Shown here: one piece after another, positions 38,795-48,430 of the stretch
How positions within the stretch are numbered: the stretch's first letter is position 1
How the letters are laid out: each line of letters begins with the position of its first letter
Assembly (NCBI GenBank): GCA_001774685.1
Contig: MFAS01000001.1
Location: forward strand, 479,557-543,556
Length of the DNA: 64,000 bases
DNA from: Candidatus Collierbacteria bacterium RIFOXYD2_FULL_45_13
Lineage (GTDB): Bacteria > Patescibacteriota > Microgenomatia > UBA1400 > MFAQ01
Direction: 5' to 3'
The notes under the pieces: generated by a model
Databases searched by the model: none
What the model was told of the DNA's origin: nothing
The model's input: only the letters and a program-made list of their open reading frames with translations
Position numbers and translations under genes: made by a program

Positions 38795-40407
38795 GCCTCC
38801 TGGTTTTGTTAGTCTTAGCCGTTATTTTAGCCTCTCCTTTACTGGTTAGCTCGGTCCGTCCCGATGGTTCCATGCTCATCAATGGTAGTGGCGATAATTT
38901 GTGGCATCTTAGTTTGTCGGCCGAGGTCACCAAACAATTTCCACCCACCTTCCCCGGCATGAGTGGAGTAACTCTCCAAAACTATCATTACTTTAGCGAT
39001 GCTCTTTGGGGTATTTTAGGTGGCCTTACCGGTTTACCGATTCCTGTCATTTATTTTCAGGTTGGATCACTGCTCGTTTGTTTTTTACTGGTTTGGCTTG
39101 TTTTTAAGTTAGCCAAAGTGTATTCTCTAAATGATTTTTGGTCCATAGTTTGTGTGATTACCACTTTATTTGTCGGTTCGGCTGCCTTCATCAAGCCTCT
39201 CTTCATTAAGGATACGGCTTGGAGCGGAAACGCTTTTATGCTGGATCAGCCGTATGACCAGCTTATCAATTTGCACACCGGCATAGGTTATATCTTGTTA
39301 ATCTTAGGTACTCTATTCATGTTTAAGTGGTTCTCCACTAGATCAGTCAAGTTTGGATACCTGGCAGCTGCGGTTCTCTCTCTCCTTTTCGGTTTCAAAA
39401 TCTTTTTTGCCATTCCCATCGCGCTCGCTTTTGGAGTTACCTGTTTACTTCAGGTCAAGAGAAGTAGTTTTAGCAGTCTACTTCCGGCGTTATTGCTTTT
39501 TGTGCTCTCTACACTAATTTATTATCTGATTGTAGACACTACCGGCCCAGTACACTCCCCACCGATCTCATTTAGACCAGGGTGGCTTTTGACCAAGATG
39601 GTGGAGGATCCCGAGAGATTTAGTCTGGAAGGTTTCTATCTTAAATATCTTCATTACCAATCAAAAGGTAACTGGTTCAGAATTACCCAAATGGAAATCG
39701 AAAAAATTATTATTTATCTTTTGGGGAACTTTTGGGTCAAGTTGCTGGGTTTATTATATTTAGTCAAAACGTTCCGGAAACATATCTCGGCAAATATCTT
39801 TATTTCTCTAAGTATTCTATTTTCATTATCTATGCCACTCTTCATTACTCCTCAACCAGATCCTTTTAACGCCGTTCAGTTTGGTCAAGTAGCTGTCCTC
39901 TTCACGGGTTTTTCTCTTGGACTATTTCTATCTTCAGTTAATAAAGGGAAACTGCTGCTTTTATTACTTGCGCCAGTATTTATCTTCAGTCTCAGTAAAG
40001 ATTTTTTTAACTCCAACAAGTTTCACGAATACGTTATCACCAAGGATGAATACTCGGCTTTGCGGTACTTAAAAGAGAACACGGATAGATACTCGGTTGT
40101 CATGGTTGACCCGGTATTTGACAACAAAAAAATGAAAGTCACCGCTCTGGCTGAAAGACGAACCTTTTATTCCGGAGGCAATATAGCCTGGCTCTTAGGA
40201 GCTTATGATAGCCAGCGCGGGAGCATTCAGGAGTTATTCTTTGCCTCCGCTTCCGATAGTGCTTACATCAAGGGCATTGTGAACCAATATGGAATCAACT
40301 ATATTTACACCTCTACAGCGCCCAAATTCGGAAACACCGATTACCCGCTTGTTTTTTCAAACCCCACCGTTTCCATTTTTCAGACAGAAACTTCCTATTT
40401 AGACTAG
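38773..40407 (+). CDS. Polytopic membrane protein, GT-C-like candidate
   Basis: It is 544 aa with at least 12 TMs, and its N-terminal loop GSGDNLWHLSLSAEV resembles the loop of the 28779 and 31979 proteins. Confidence 0.45.
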   Translation: MGKTKKVSLLVLLVLAVILASPLLVSSVRPDGSMLINGSGDNLWHLSLSAEVTKQFPPTFPGMSGVTLQNYHYFSDALWGILGGLTGLPIPVIYFQVGSLLVCFLLVWLVFKLAKVYSLNDFWSIVCVITTLFVGSAAFIKPLFIKDTAWSGNAFMLDQPYDQLINLHTGIGYILLILGTLFMFKWFSTRSVKFGYLAAAVLSLLFGFKIFFAIPIALAFGVTCLLQVKRSSFSSLLPALLLFVLSTLIYYLIVDTTGPVHSPPISFRPGWLLTKMVEDPERFSLEGFYLKYLHYQSKGNWFRITQMEIEKIIIYLLGNFWVKLLGLLYLVKTFRKHISANIFISLSILFSLSMPLFITPQPDPFNAVQFGQVAVLFTGFSLGLFLSSVNKGKLLLLLLAPVFIFSLSKDFFNSNKFHEYVITKDEYSALRYLKENTDRYSVVMVDPVFDNKKMKVTALAERRTFYSGGNIAWLLGAYDSQRGSIQELFFASASDSAYIKGIVNQYGINYIYTSTAPKFGNTDYPLVFSNPTVSIFQTETSYLD

Positions 40408-40420
40408 AATATACATACCT

Positions 40421-41488
40421 GTGATGAAAAAAGCCTTAATATTTGATCCATATCTGGACACGCTCGGAGGAGGTGAGCGCTATGTCCTTACCTTTGCTCT
40501 TGGGCTTATCAAAAATAACTACGCCGTCACTCTCGCTTGGCCGGATAGAAAAGAACTGGATCTGGCACAGACCCGTTTTGGTCTGGATCTATCCCCAGTC
40601 GCCATTGACTCGGAAGCTTATGGACTATGCAGTCAAAAAACAGCTTATGCTGAGAGACTCAAGTTCACCAAGGACTACGATCTAATTTTCTGGGTCAGCG
40701 ATGGTAGCTTGCCTTTTTTATTCTCCAAAAATAATCTGATTCATCTCCAAGTTCCTTTTAAAAAGTTGGGAGGCAACTCTACTATCAACAACTTGAAAAC
40801 CGTCTTTATCAAGAAATTTGTTTACAACTCGAACTTCACCAGAAACGTACTTGAAAAAAATCTACAGAAAGACAAAGGCTTTGTGCTCTATCCCCCGATT
40901 GACACCAATGGCTTTGTCCCCGGTAAAAAGGAAAATATAATTCTCTCCGTTGCCCGGTTTGATTCACCGTCCCACAGTAAACGACAGGATATCTTGGTTG
41001 AGGCCTTTAGAGCTCTTTCGGAAAAGGTAAAAGGCTACACCCTGGTCCTGGCTGGTGGCTTAAAAGGGGACGAGATTCTCATGCAAAAACTAAGGACTTC
41101 TGCAAAGGGTTTAGCTGTAGAATTTCTCATCAATCCGGACTTCAATGAACTAAAGAAACTTTATTCCCAAGCCAAGTTCTTTTGGCACGCCGCGGGTTTT
41201 GGGATCAACGAACAAACAGACCCGGAAAAGGTTGAACATTTTGGCATGACTACTGTCGAGGCTATGGCTTCCGACTGTATTCCTGTGGTCATAAATAAAG
41301 GTGGTCAGAAAGAAATCATTACTGCAGGAACCGGCTATTTAGTTGAGGATAGCGACGAAATGGCGGAAAAAACGTTCGAACTAATAGGGAACCCGAAGGC
41401 TCTTACGAAAATGTCCAAAGCCGCCATCGACCGGTCTCAATTTTTTTCTATGGGTAATTTTTTTGAAAAAATAAAATTATTGTTATAA
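40421..41488 (+). CDS. GT4 (GT-B fold) glycosyltransferase
   Basis: It has the C-terminal EHFGMTTVEAMASDCIPVV..KGG motif (E-x7-E). Confidence 0.8.
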   Translation: MMKKALIFDPYLDTLGGGERYVLTFALGLIKNNYAVTLAWPDRKELDLAQTRFGLDLSPVAIDSEAYGLCSQKTAYAERLKFTKDYDLIFWVSDGSLPFLFSKNNLIHLQVPFKKLGGNSTINNLKTVFIKKFVYNSNFTRNVLEKNLQKDKGFVLYPPIDTNGFVPGKKENIILSVARFDSPSHSKRQDILVEAFRALSEKVKGYTLVLAGGLKGDEILMQKLRTSAKGLAVEFLINPDFNELKKLYSQAKFFWHAAGFGINEQTDPEKVEHFGMTTVEAMASDCIPVVINKGGQKEIITAGTGYLVEDSDEMAEKTFELIGNPKALTKMSKAAIDRSQFFSMGNFFEKIKLLL

Positions 41489-41492
41489 AAAG

Positions 41493-43157
41493 ATGCTCAG
41501 TCTTTTGAAGAAACACTGGTCCTTAATTTTCCTGTTGGTTATCCTCACCGCTAGCTCAGTCCTCAAGGTGCTGGAGGTTAGTCGCTATAATTTTCCTTTT
41601 ACCACCGACCAGGGCCGAGACATGGTGGATATGCGCCACATGGTCGTCACTCACACCCCTCGTTTGGTCGGTCCCACTACCAGTATCAATGGCGTCCTTC
41701 TGGGACCATTCTGGTATTACTTCAATATAATTCCTTTTGTTACCGGGGGAGGCGATCCGTCGTACATAGTCTACTGGCAGATACTCTGGTATCAGCTTTC
41801 GGTAGTTGCTTTATGGTATGTCTTGAAGAAGAACCACCCCTCACTGGCGATCTTAGTCTCTGTTTTACTACTTCTAATGCCCACTGGCTTTAACACCGCC
41901 AGATATTTTTGGAACGCCAACTCAATGGTCTTTTTTACTATTTTTTATTTTGCTTCCTTTCTTTGGTCTTTGGTTGCTTACAAATCCGAAACACTCCACG
42001 CGTCATTGCGAGGAGGTATTCCGACGTGGCAATCTCACACCACGAAGTTATTCATGCTCGGTCTTATCTCCGGCTTGGCCATGCAGATCGAAGCAGCCTT
42101 CGGCATTCTTTTCTTCCCCTTCGCCTTTCTCTATTTTGTGATCTCCTCGTGGCCGCGCGGCATGGCATGGTGGAAATCCATCAAAATTATTTTCAAACAA
42201 ACTCTCCCCTTGGTTGCCGGCTTTGGCCTTACACTACTTCCACAAATCCTCTTCGAACTCAAACACGGTTTTATCATGACAAAAATTCTCTTTGGAGAAT
42301 TTTCCGGCCAAGGCACTATGCTCGGAGAAAAAATTACTTTTGCCGAAAAATTGGCTCAGCGTTGGGAGCATTTTCAACTATTAATTCTCCGTTCCACCCA
42401 TCTGCCACCAAACTATGTTCCCTATTTATATCTTTCTGCCTTAGCTTTATTCTTATATCTCTATGTCACCTCCAAAAAATCAAAGTCAGAGGCTATCAAG
42501 CTTTGGTGTATTTCTTATTGGTTCATCTTATTTGCCGCTGTGTTTTATCTTCTCTTTCCTCAGAAGCTCAAGGAGTGGTATACCCTTGGACTTTCAGTTC
42601 CACTGGTGTTATTTCTTGGGTGCCTTCTGAGCTACCTTTGGGAGAGAAAATCCGTCATTCTCAAGACATTAATAATTGTTCTCATGAGTATGACGGTTTA
42701 TTACTCGCTTAAGTCTCAGTGGGACTACACCCGCGACGTTGCCTTCAAGCCTTCAGATGACCGTAGTAATATGAGAAACGAAATTGCCGCCCTTGACTGG
42801 GTCTATCAAAACGCCGAAGGCCAAGGGTTTAAAGTCTATAGCTACCTACCCTCTGTCTATGACTATCCATACAATCATCTCTTCTGGTGGTACGGCAACC
42901 ACAAATATGGCTACGAGCCCGTCGAAACAGCTTATTTACCCGGTCAGCCGGAATATATTCGGGACGTTGATAAAATCTGGACCAACAAGAGAGAACTAGG
43001 TTCTCAAGAGTTAGTTTTTCTCATCATCGAAGAGGATATGGATATGCCCAAAAGGACAGAAGCTTGGTTAGGAAACTTTTCGAAGCTCTGCCTACTCAAA
43101 GAGCAAGTTTTTCCCTGGCACGCCTCAGTCCGCCTGCTGTCTCCGTGTTCTAAATAG
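41493..43157 (+). CDS. PMT/ArnT-like GT-C glycosyltransferase (divergent, DQ loop)
   Basis: It has an N-terminal TM, then RYNFPFTTDQGRDMVDMRH and more than 11 TMs. Confidence 0.65.
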   Translation: MLSLLKKHWSLIFLLVILTASSVLKVLEVSRYNFPFTTDQGRDMVDMRHMVVTHTPRLVGPTTSINGVLLGPFWYYFNIIPFVTGGGDPSYIVYWQILWYQLSVVALWYVLKKNHPSLAILVSVLLLLMPTGFNTARYFWNANSMVFFTIFYFASFLWSLVAYKSETLHASLRGGIPTWQSHTTKLFMLGLISGLAMQIEAAFGILFFPFAFLYFVISSWPRGMAWWKSIKIIFKQTLPLVAGFGLTLLPQILFELKHGFIMTKILFGEFSGQGTMLGEKITFAEKLAQRWEHFQLLILRSTHLPPNYVPYLYLSALALFLYLYVTSKKSKSEAIKLWCISYWFILFAAVFYLLFPQKLKEWYTLGLSVPLVLFLGCLLSYLWERKSVILKTLIIVLMSMTVYYSLKSQWDYTRDVAFKPSDDRSNMRNEIAALDWVYQNAEGQGFKVYSYLPSVYDYPYNHLFWWYGNHKYGYEPVETAYLPGQPEYIRDVDKIWTNKRELGSQELVFLIIEEDMDMPKRTEAWLGNFSKLCLLKEQVFPWHASVRLLSPCSK

Positions 43158-45380
43158 TGCTATCAAAGTAAGAAAGGCGCTAACTATGCTTATCTTTAAC
43201 CCCAGCCAAAAGCTGGCTGGCTGATAGTCAAAAACCACCTCTCCACTTTCATCTGTCAAATTAAGGCAACGAAAAATACTGTTACATTTTTCAATGTTTA
43301 CTTCTTTATTGTTTACAAAAGCTTTCCAGTCCGGGTACCAGGTGTCAGCTAACAACAGCGTTTTATTGGCGCCATCACTGTAGGTAATCTTTATCGTATT
43401 CGGGGTATAGGAGGTGATCTTTATTTCTCCGTCTTCATCACCCACATATCTGGCCCTGGGTTGGTAATCCAAGTTCTCCAGTACGGCCGTGGCTTCCGAT
43501 TCGTAAACCTTTTTCCATCTTTTTTGGTCAATAGAGTAGGTAATGTTGTTGCCTCCCAATTTACCCACAGAATCCCTTTTAACGGCCAGCAGATATTTAA
43601 CGTTAAAGTTACCCAGTGCTTTCGAGTCATATCTTTCCAGTTCCGAATATCTTCCAACCTGTCCACTCAGATTGCCATTTATTTCCTCCTGATAGGCCTT
43701 AGCGTAGTCCTTAATCGCCATTGGGTCATATCCAGATGGACTCATGAAACGGTACTGCATCCAGGTCGCCGGTGGCATAACCTCCGCTCTTTCTCGATCA
43801 ATTCTGAAGACTTCTGTTTTGGCTTTCTCTTTCAAAAAGGTGATTACCGGGGTATCGGGGTAGACGATTCTTTCCGGCACAAAAGGAATGTACTTCCAGC
43901 CAAATCGGAACATTTCCAAACAAATCACCACTATCAGCACACCGGTCAAGCCCTTCCATTTCTTTGTCAAAAGGAATATCAGTGAATAGAGACCGACAAA
44001 AGCACCGGGTAAAATCAGGTTCCTCATGGTTACGGCTCGTCTCTGGGCTAATAGCATATTGGGATTATTGGGCGACAGGAGTATCTCATCGGTAAAACGA
44101 GCTAAGTAATAAATGGTCACGTAGGCCACACTAAGCACCCCGACAGTGAAAACTATTTTCTTAAAGCTAATCTTTTCCAGGTTGGACAAAACAATTCCCG
44201 ATAAAACAGCCAAGCTCATGGAGAAGATCACTGCTATCCGGCCAGCAGCGCTGGTCGACAGCCCGGGTACGTTAAAGGTATAGACGGCCTTCCCGAGTGG
44301 TGTATCGAAGCCAAACAAAAAGGCGATGATTGCGGTCACCACGAAGAATCGGACATATTTATTGGATCTAAATAGAAAAAGAGACAGAACAAAACAGAAA
44401 ACCGCTAATACACCGGTATAAAAGATCGCTTCATGATAATTGAAGACTCCAAAAAAGTTTCCTGTAGCCGGGTTGCCAAAATAATCAGGCGCTATTAAGG
44501 TAGTTAAGTATTTTATGGGTAGCAAGCCGTAATTGTATCCAGAGATATAATTTTCGACCGATCTCAGGCCATATTTAGTTAGTTCCAGAGTCGGTAACAT
44601 TTGAAAGGCGGCCAACCCGAGCGTCAGTAGTCCGGGAATAATGGTCGCTAAGATCAGCTTAAAGTGCTTTTCCTCCAACCATTTCCAAACAAAATAGAAA
44701 ACCGTCAACACTGAGATGTAGACCATTATCTGGAAATGTCCTGAGGTAATCAGCAAAAAGAAGATAATCGGTAGGGAGAAAAGATAGTAAGTCTTTTTCG
44801 AATCGAAGAATTTTTCCAAAACAATAAATATTAATGGCATCCAGATCATGGCATGAGCCGCGGTTACAAACTGGGCCCAGCTGATGGCAAAGCCGGAATA
44901 AGCATATATTAGGCCACCTACCACCGCTCCAACAGTCTTTACTTTTATTTGACGGAGATATAAATACATGGTGATGGCAGTGGCAAACGCAGGCAGGACC
45001 ACCAAAAAGTCCCAGCCCTTAATATCTCCCAGCAGGAGGTACAGAAAGCCAAGTGGATAAAATGCACCTGAGTGAAAATTAGCCATCAAAGGGTAACCTG
45101 AATACGAGAACGGATTCCAAAGAGGGATCTGTAGATGTCTCCATGATTCGGCCACCAAACTTTTCCACATATAGAACTGTGAAAAGATATCCGATATCAG
45201 TGGGTTTTTTACCGGCACACCGGTGGGGAACCCCCATTTGTTTTCCAGCCAAGGCAGATAGGCCCCCACCATCAGGTCTCCGGGGAAGGGGACATCACCC
45301 CTAAAAAACACCTTCCAATAATAAACCAGACAAGCAACAGCAAATACCAAAAACGGCCAAAACTTTAATATCTTTTTCAT
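43125..45380 (-). CDS. YfhO-like GT-C membrane glycosyltransferase
   Basis: It is 751 aa, with the N-terminal loop FPGDLMVGAYLPW...WNPFSYSGYPLMANFHSGAFYPL typical of the YfhO family, at least 13 TMs and a C-terminal soluble domain. It converges on the upstream + gene with a 33-nt overlap. Confidence 0.55.
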   Translation of the reverse strand: MKKILKFWPFLVFAVACLVYYWKVFFRGDVPFPGDLMVGAYLPWLENKWGFPTGVPVKNPLISDIFSQFYMWKSLVAESWRHLQIPLWNPFSYSGYPLMANFHSGAFYPLGFLYLLLGDIKGWDFLVVLPAFATAITMYLYLRQIKVKTVGAVVGGLIYAYSGFAISWAQFVTAAHAMIWMPLIFIVLEKFFDSKKTYYLFSLPIIFFLLITSGHFQIMVYISVLTVFYFVWKWLEEKHFKLILATIIPGLLTLGLAAFQMLPTLELTKYGLRSVENYISGYNYGLLPIKYLTTLIAPDYFGNPATGNFFGVFNYHEAIFYTGVLAVFCFVLSLFLFRSNKYVRFFVVTAIIAFLFGFDTPLGKAVYTFNVPGLSTSAAGRIAVIFSMSLAVLSGIVLSNLEKISFKKIVFTVGVLSVAYVTIYYLARFTDEILLSPNNPNMLLAQRRAVTMRNLILPGAFVGLYSLIFLLTKKWKGLTGVLIVVICLEMFRFGWKYIPFVPERIVYPDTPVITFLKEKAKTEVFRIDRERAEVMPPATWMQYRFMSPSGYDPMAIKDYAKAYQEEINGNLSGQVGRYSELERYDSKALGNFNVKYLLAVKRDSVGKLGGNNITYSIDQKRWKKVYESEATAVLENLDYQPRARYVGDEDGEIKITSYTPNTIKITYSDGANKTLLLADTWYPDWKAFVNNKEVNIEKCNSIFRCLNLTDESGEVVFDYQPASFWLGLKISIVSAFLTLIALFRTRRQQAD

Positions 45381-45444
45381 CTTTCACAATTATATCTCTT
45401 AGAATATTAGTCTAGTACCAATGTACCCTTTAACCGGTCTAAGC

Positions 45445-45473
45445 TTGCCACACTGATATAGAAGTTGTAAAGT
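45445..45473 (+). promoter_or_regulatory. Putative sigma70 promoter of DUF4256 gene (TTGCCA -17- TAAAGT)
   Basis: The hexamers are spaced 17 nt apart, and the -10 ends 9 nt before the ATG at 45483. Confidence 0.35.
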
Positions 45474-45482
45474 AAAAAAACC

Positions 45483-46043
45483 ATGTCTCACCCAACACTT
45501 TCTGCGGACCACCGCAAAGAACTACTCGGGATCCTGAAAACCCGTTTTGAAAAAAATCCAAAGCGTCACATGGGTATTGAATGGGAAAAAGTGCTAGGCA
45601 GGTTGGAAGCCAATGCCGAAAAGCTTTGGTCTCTAAATGAGATGGAGAGAACCGGCGGTGAGCCAGATGTTGCCGGGCAAGACGCAAAGACCGGCGATTA
45701 TCTTTTTTACGATTGTTCGGCCGAGTCGCCCAAAGATCGCCGAAATGTCTGTTATGACCATGATGCCCTGGAGGCAAGGAAAACCTTTAAGCCCAAAGAT
45801 AGTGCCACGAATATTGCTTCAGTGATGGGTATCGAACTTTTGACGGAATCGCAGTATCGGGAGTTACAGAAACTTGGAGCATTTGATACAAAAACTTCAA
45901 GCTGGTTAAAGACCCATGCCGATATCAGGAAGCTCGGTGGAGCTGTCTTTGGAGACCGTCGCTACGATACTGTCTTTGTGTATCACAACGGAGCAGAGTC
46001 TTACTATGGTTCAAGAGGTTTTCGTGGCTGTCTAAGAATTTGA
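45483..46043 (+). CDS. DUF4256-family protein
   Basis: It is 186 aa and carries the strongly conserved LWSLNEMERTGGEPDV...YLFYDCSAESPK...RYDTVFVYHNGAESYY blocks that I recognise as DUF4256 (function unknown). Confidence 0.55.
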   Translation: MSHPTLSADHRKELLGILKTRFEKNPKRHMGIEWEKVLGRLEANAEKLWSLNEMERTGGEPDVAGQDAKTGDYLFYDCSAESPKDRRNVCYDHDALEARKTFKPKDSATNIASVMGIELLTESQYRELQKLGAFDTKTSSWLKTHADIRKLGGAVFGDRRYDTVFVYHNGAESYYGSRGFRGCLRI

Positions 46044-46079
46044 TGGGCTCACTTTTGGTTCCACCTATCCCATAACAAA

Positions 46080-46133
46080 TTGACACTTGCCTTGTCTGGG
46101 TGTAAAATACGGCAAGCACAATAACATTGGAGG
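46080..46133 (+). promoter_or_regulatory. Canonical sigma70 promoter (TTGACA -17- TAAAAT) plus GGAGG Shine-Dalgarno for TIR-like gene
   Basis: TTGACA is at 46080..46085 and TAAAAT at 46103..46108. GGAGG is at 46129..46133, 7 nt before the ATG at 46141. Confidence 0.5.
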
Positions 46134-46140
46134 TTAAAAT

Positions 46141-46644
46141 ATGAATATAGTTAGTAGTATCTCTCAGGCTCTTGGAGAGCTGAAGTTCCCCAAATGCAAG
46201 ATCTTTGTTCTTAACGCCTCTTCGGATGACAGACTCGCCTGGGAAATGATTGCGATGTTCCGTCGGCATGGCATTCTTTGCTGGGACAGTCAAAATTCCT
46301 TGATGCCTGGTAGCGACCGACATAATGAACAGGAAAAAGCCATGTACGAAGCCGATTTCATTGTTGCCATCTTTTCGCGAGGTTCTCAGAGTGCCGAAGG
46401 CAGATATGCCAAACTCTTGAAGGTTGCCTTCGATGCTCAGTTAGAGAAATTAGACGGCGGTATCAAACTGATTTCTATCCTGGTTGAGACATGCGATCTT
46501 CCGTATGAATATAAAAAGTATCTTCCGCTAGACATGTCAGAGCCAGACAGCGCAGAAAAAATAATCAGATCCTTTCAGTACGAGTATGCGCGCCGTACTC
46601 GGCTGAATATTAAACCCACCAAGCCTCAAGCCATCTGGCTGTAA
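46141..46644 (+). CDS. Standalone TIR-like domain protein
   Basis: Its secondary-structure-ordered motifs match TIR/TIR_2: betaA KIFVLNASSDD, alphaA RLAWEMIAMFRRHGI, betaB LCWDS, BB-loop LMPGSD, betaC FIVAIFSRGSQSAEGRY and betaD LISILVETCDLP. Confidence 0.5.
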   Translation: MNIVSSISQALGELKFPKCKIFVLNASSDDRLAWEMIAMFRRHGILCWDSQNSLMPGSDRHNEQEKAMYEADFIVAIFSRGSQSAEGRYAKLLKVAFDAQLEKLDGGIKLISILVETCDLPYEYKKYLPLDMSEPDSAEKIIRSFQYEYARRTRLNIKPTKPQAIWL

Positions 46645-46706
46645 CATCAAAAGTCCTCGATAAACGATCGGGGGCTTTTCTTATGTCCTGATATACTTTA
46701 GGCAGG

Positions 46707-47582
46707 ATGAAACCAACTGTCGATGTCATTATTCCCAGCTTCAACGGCAAGTATCTGCTGGAAAAACATCTCCCCAAGGTCATTCGATACACCGAATATC
46801 TTAATAAAGTGATCATTATCGAAAACGGGAGTACCGACGAGACTATCCCTTGGCTCCAAAAGAACTTTCCGGAGGTGGTTGTTGTCAAAAACAATTCCAA
46901 TCTCGGCTTTACTAAGCCGGTTAATCAGGGGGTTGCCGTTTCCAAATCAGACTACCTCATACTTCTAAATAACGATGTTGAGCCCAAAAAGGATTATCTA
47001 AAAAATATCTTTGACTACTTCAAAGACGAGATGGTTTTTGCCGTTTCCTTTAACGAAGACGGTTCCTCATGGCCATTGGTTTCCTGGCACGATGGCAAGC
47101 TTCAATTCATCAGAGGAGTGGACAAGGCTCAGCCAATGTATTCGGCTTGGGCCTCAGGCGGTAGTGGCATCTTTCGCCGGAGTATCTGGGACAAGTTGGG
47201 CGGACTAAACGAAATCTATGCACCTTTCTACTGGGAAGATATCGGTATTGGTTACCGGGCCTGGAAAATGGGTTACAAAATCATTTGGGACAACCGCTCT
47301 ATTGTGTATCATCAGCATGAATCCACCGCCAACAAAATCAACCAAAATTATGTCAAACTTATCAGGCAAAGAAACGAGCTCCTATTCAATTGGATAAATA
47401 TCACCGACAAAGACTTACTCAGATCTCATTTATACTTCCTCATTCGACATTCTTTAAGACATCCCCGCTACCTTCAGGTGATCTTCGCGGCCTTGTTTAG
47501 ACTGCCACAAAACCGACAAAGCAAAGATTTTGTCATATCTGACAGTGAAGTCTTAAGTAGAGTCAACAAAAAATATGAATAA
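46707..47582 (+). CDS. GT2 glycosyltransferase
   Basis: It has the VIIPSFNGKYLL...VIIIENGSTDET...LNNDVEP motifs. Confidence 0.75.
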   Translation: MKPTVDVIIPSFNGKYLLEKHLPKVIRYTEYLNKVIIIENGSTDETIPWLQKNFPEVVVVKNNSNLGFTKPVNQGVAVSKSDYLILLNNDVEPKKDYLKNIFDYFKDEMVFAVSFNEDGSSWPLVSWHDGKLQFIRGVDKAQPMYSAWASGGSGIFRRSIWDKLGGLNEIYAPFYWEDIGIGYRAWKMGYKIIWDNRSIVYHQHESTANKINQNYVKLIRQRNELLFNWINITDKDLLRSHLYFLIRHSLRHPRYLQVIFAALFRLPQNRQSKDFVISDSEVLSRVNKKYE

Positions 47583-48393
47583 AGTAGAACTATCCATTAT
47601 TACCGTAGGTTACAAATCCGAGGATACCATCGTGCCTTTTCTGGATTCCATTCAGAAAAATCGCGACAAAATCACTAAGGAAATCATCGTAGTTGATAAC
47701 TATCCTGGAGACAAAGGAGCCGACAAAGCTCAGAAGCATCCATTAAAGCCGACTGTCATTCGAAATACCGAAAATATTGGTTTTTCCAAGGCCATCAACC
47801 AAGGTATTAAGATCTGTCATGGAGAGTATGTTCTAATCATCAACCCGGACACTCGCATAGTTGGCTCTGCCTTGAAATATTTGTTGGACTTTGCCAGAAA
47901 AACTTCCAAGCTTGGCGCGGTCGCCCCTCGTCTTCTTAATAACGACGGCAACATTCAGCCATCGTGTTTCAAATTCCCCACCATCTGGAACGCCATTCGG
48001 TATTACTTTTTTGGTTGTAAAGATTGTTTTAACAAATATAACCCTGGCGATGAAATCACCACCGTCGATGTCGCTGTCATGGCCGCCTTTCTGGTCCCTA
48101 AGTCAGTCATTGATTATGTCGGAGGGTTGGATGAGCGCTTTTTCCTCTACTACGAGGACGTTGAGTATTGCCGGCGACTTCGTCAATTTGGTTTACCTGT
48201 TTACTACTTACCAAAAGCCAAAGTTCAACACGCCCATGGTGTCAGTGGTAACTTCACCAATCATCTAAAGTCCCCTTTGGCCAGATCGGCTCAGATTTAT
48301 CACGGTGTACTTGGATCGGCCCTTCTCAACTTTGTACTGCGTGTAGGCCAAAGATGGCAGAAGATAATTAAGTACCGTAAGTTCCGTGGTTAA
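47575..48393 (+). CDS. GT2 glycosyltransferase
   Basis: It has the LSIITVGYKSEDTI...IIVVDNYPGD...IINPDTR...YYEDVEY motifs. Confidence 0.75.
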   Translation: MNKVELSIITVGYKSEDTIVPFLDSIQKNRDKITKEIIVVDNYPGDKGADKAQKHPLKPTVIRNTENIGFSKAINQGIKICHGEYVLIINPDTRIVGSALKYLLDFARKTSKLGAVAPRLLNNDGNIQPSCFKFPTIWNAIRYYFFGCKDCFNKYNPGDEITTVDVAVMAAFLVPKSVIDYVGGLDERFFLYYEDVEYCRRLRQFGLPVYYLPKAKVQHAHGVSGNFTNHLKSPLARSAQIYHGVLGSALLNFVLRVGQRWQKIIKYRKFRG

Positions 48394-48430
48394 TTTATAG
48401 ACGGCAAAATTGCTATACTAAATCATCTAA

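Noticed and set aside
41909-42712. 267-aa alternate-frame ORF inside the PMT-like gene 41493..43157
   Set aside because: It is in the same strand but a different frame within a gene with clear family motifs. There is no independent support.
45439-45777. 112-aa minus-strand ORF antisense to the DUF4256 gene
   Set aside because: It is Arg/His-rich low-complexity and lies antisense to an ORF with strong conserved blocks. It is probably a shadow ORF.
46645-46706. Possible terminator after the TIR-like gene
   Set aside because: Only a weak 4-bp stem (CGAT..ATCG) precedes GGGGCTTTTCTT. This is insufficient for a confident rho-independent terminator.
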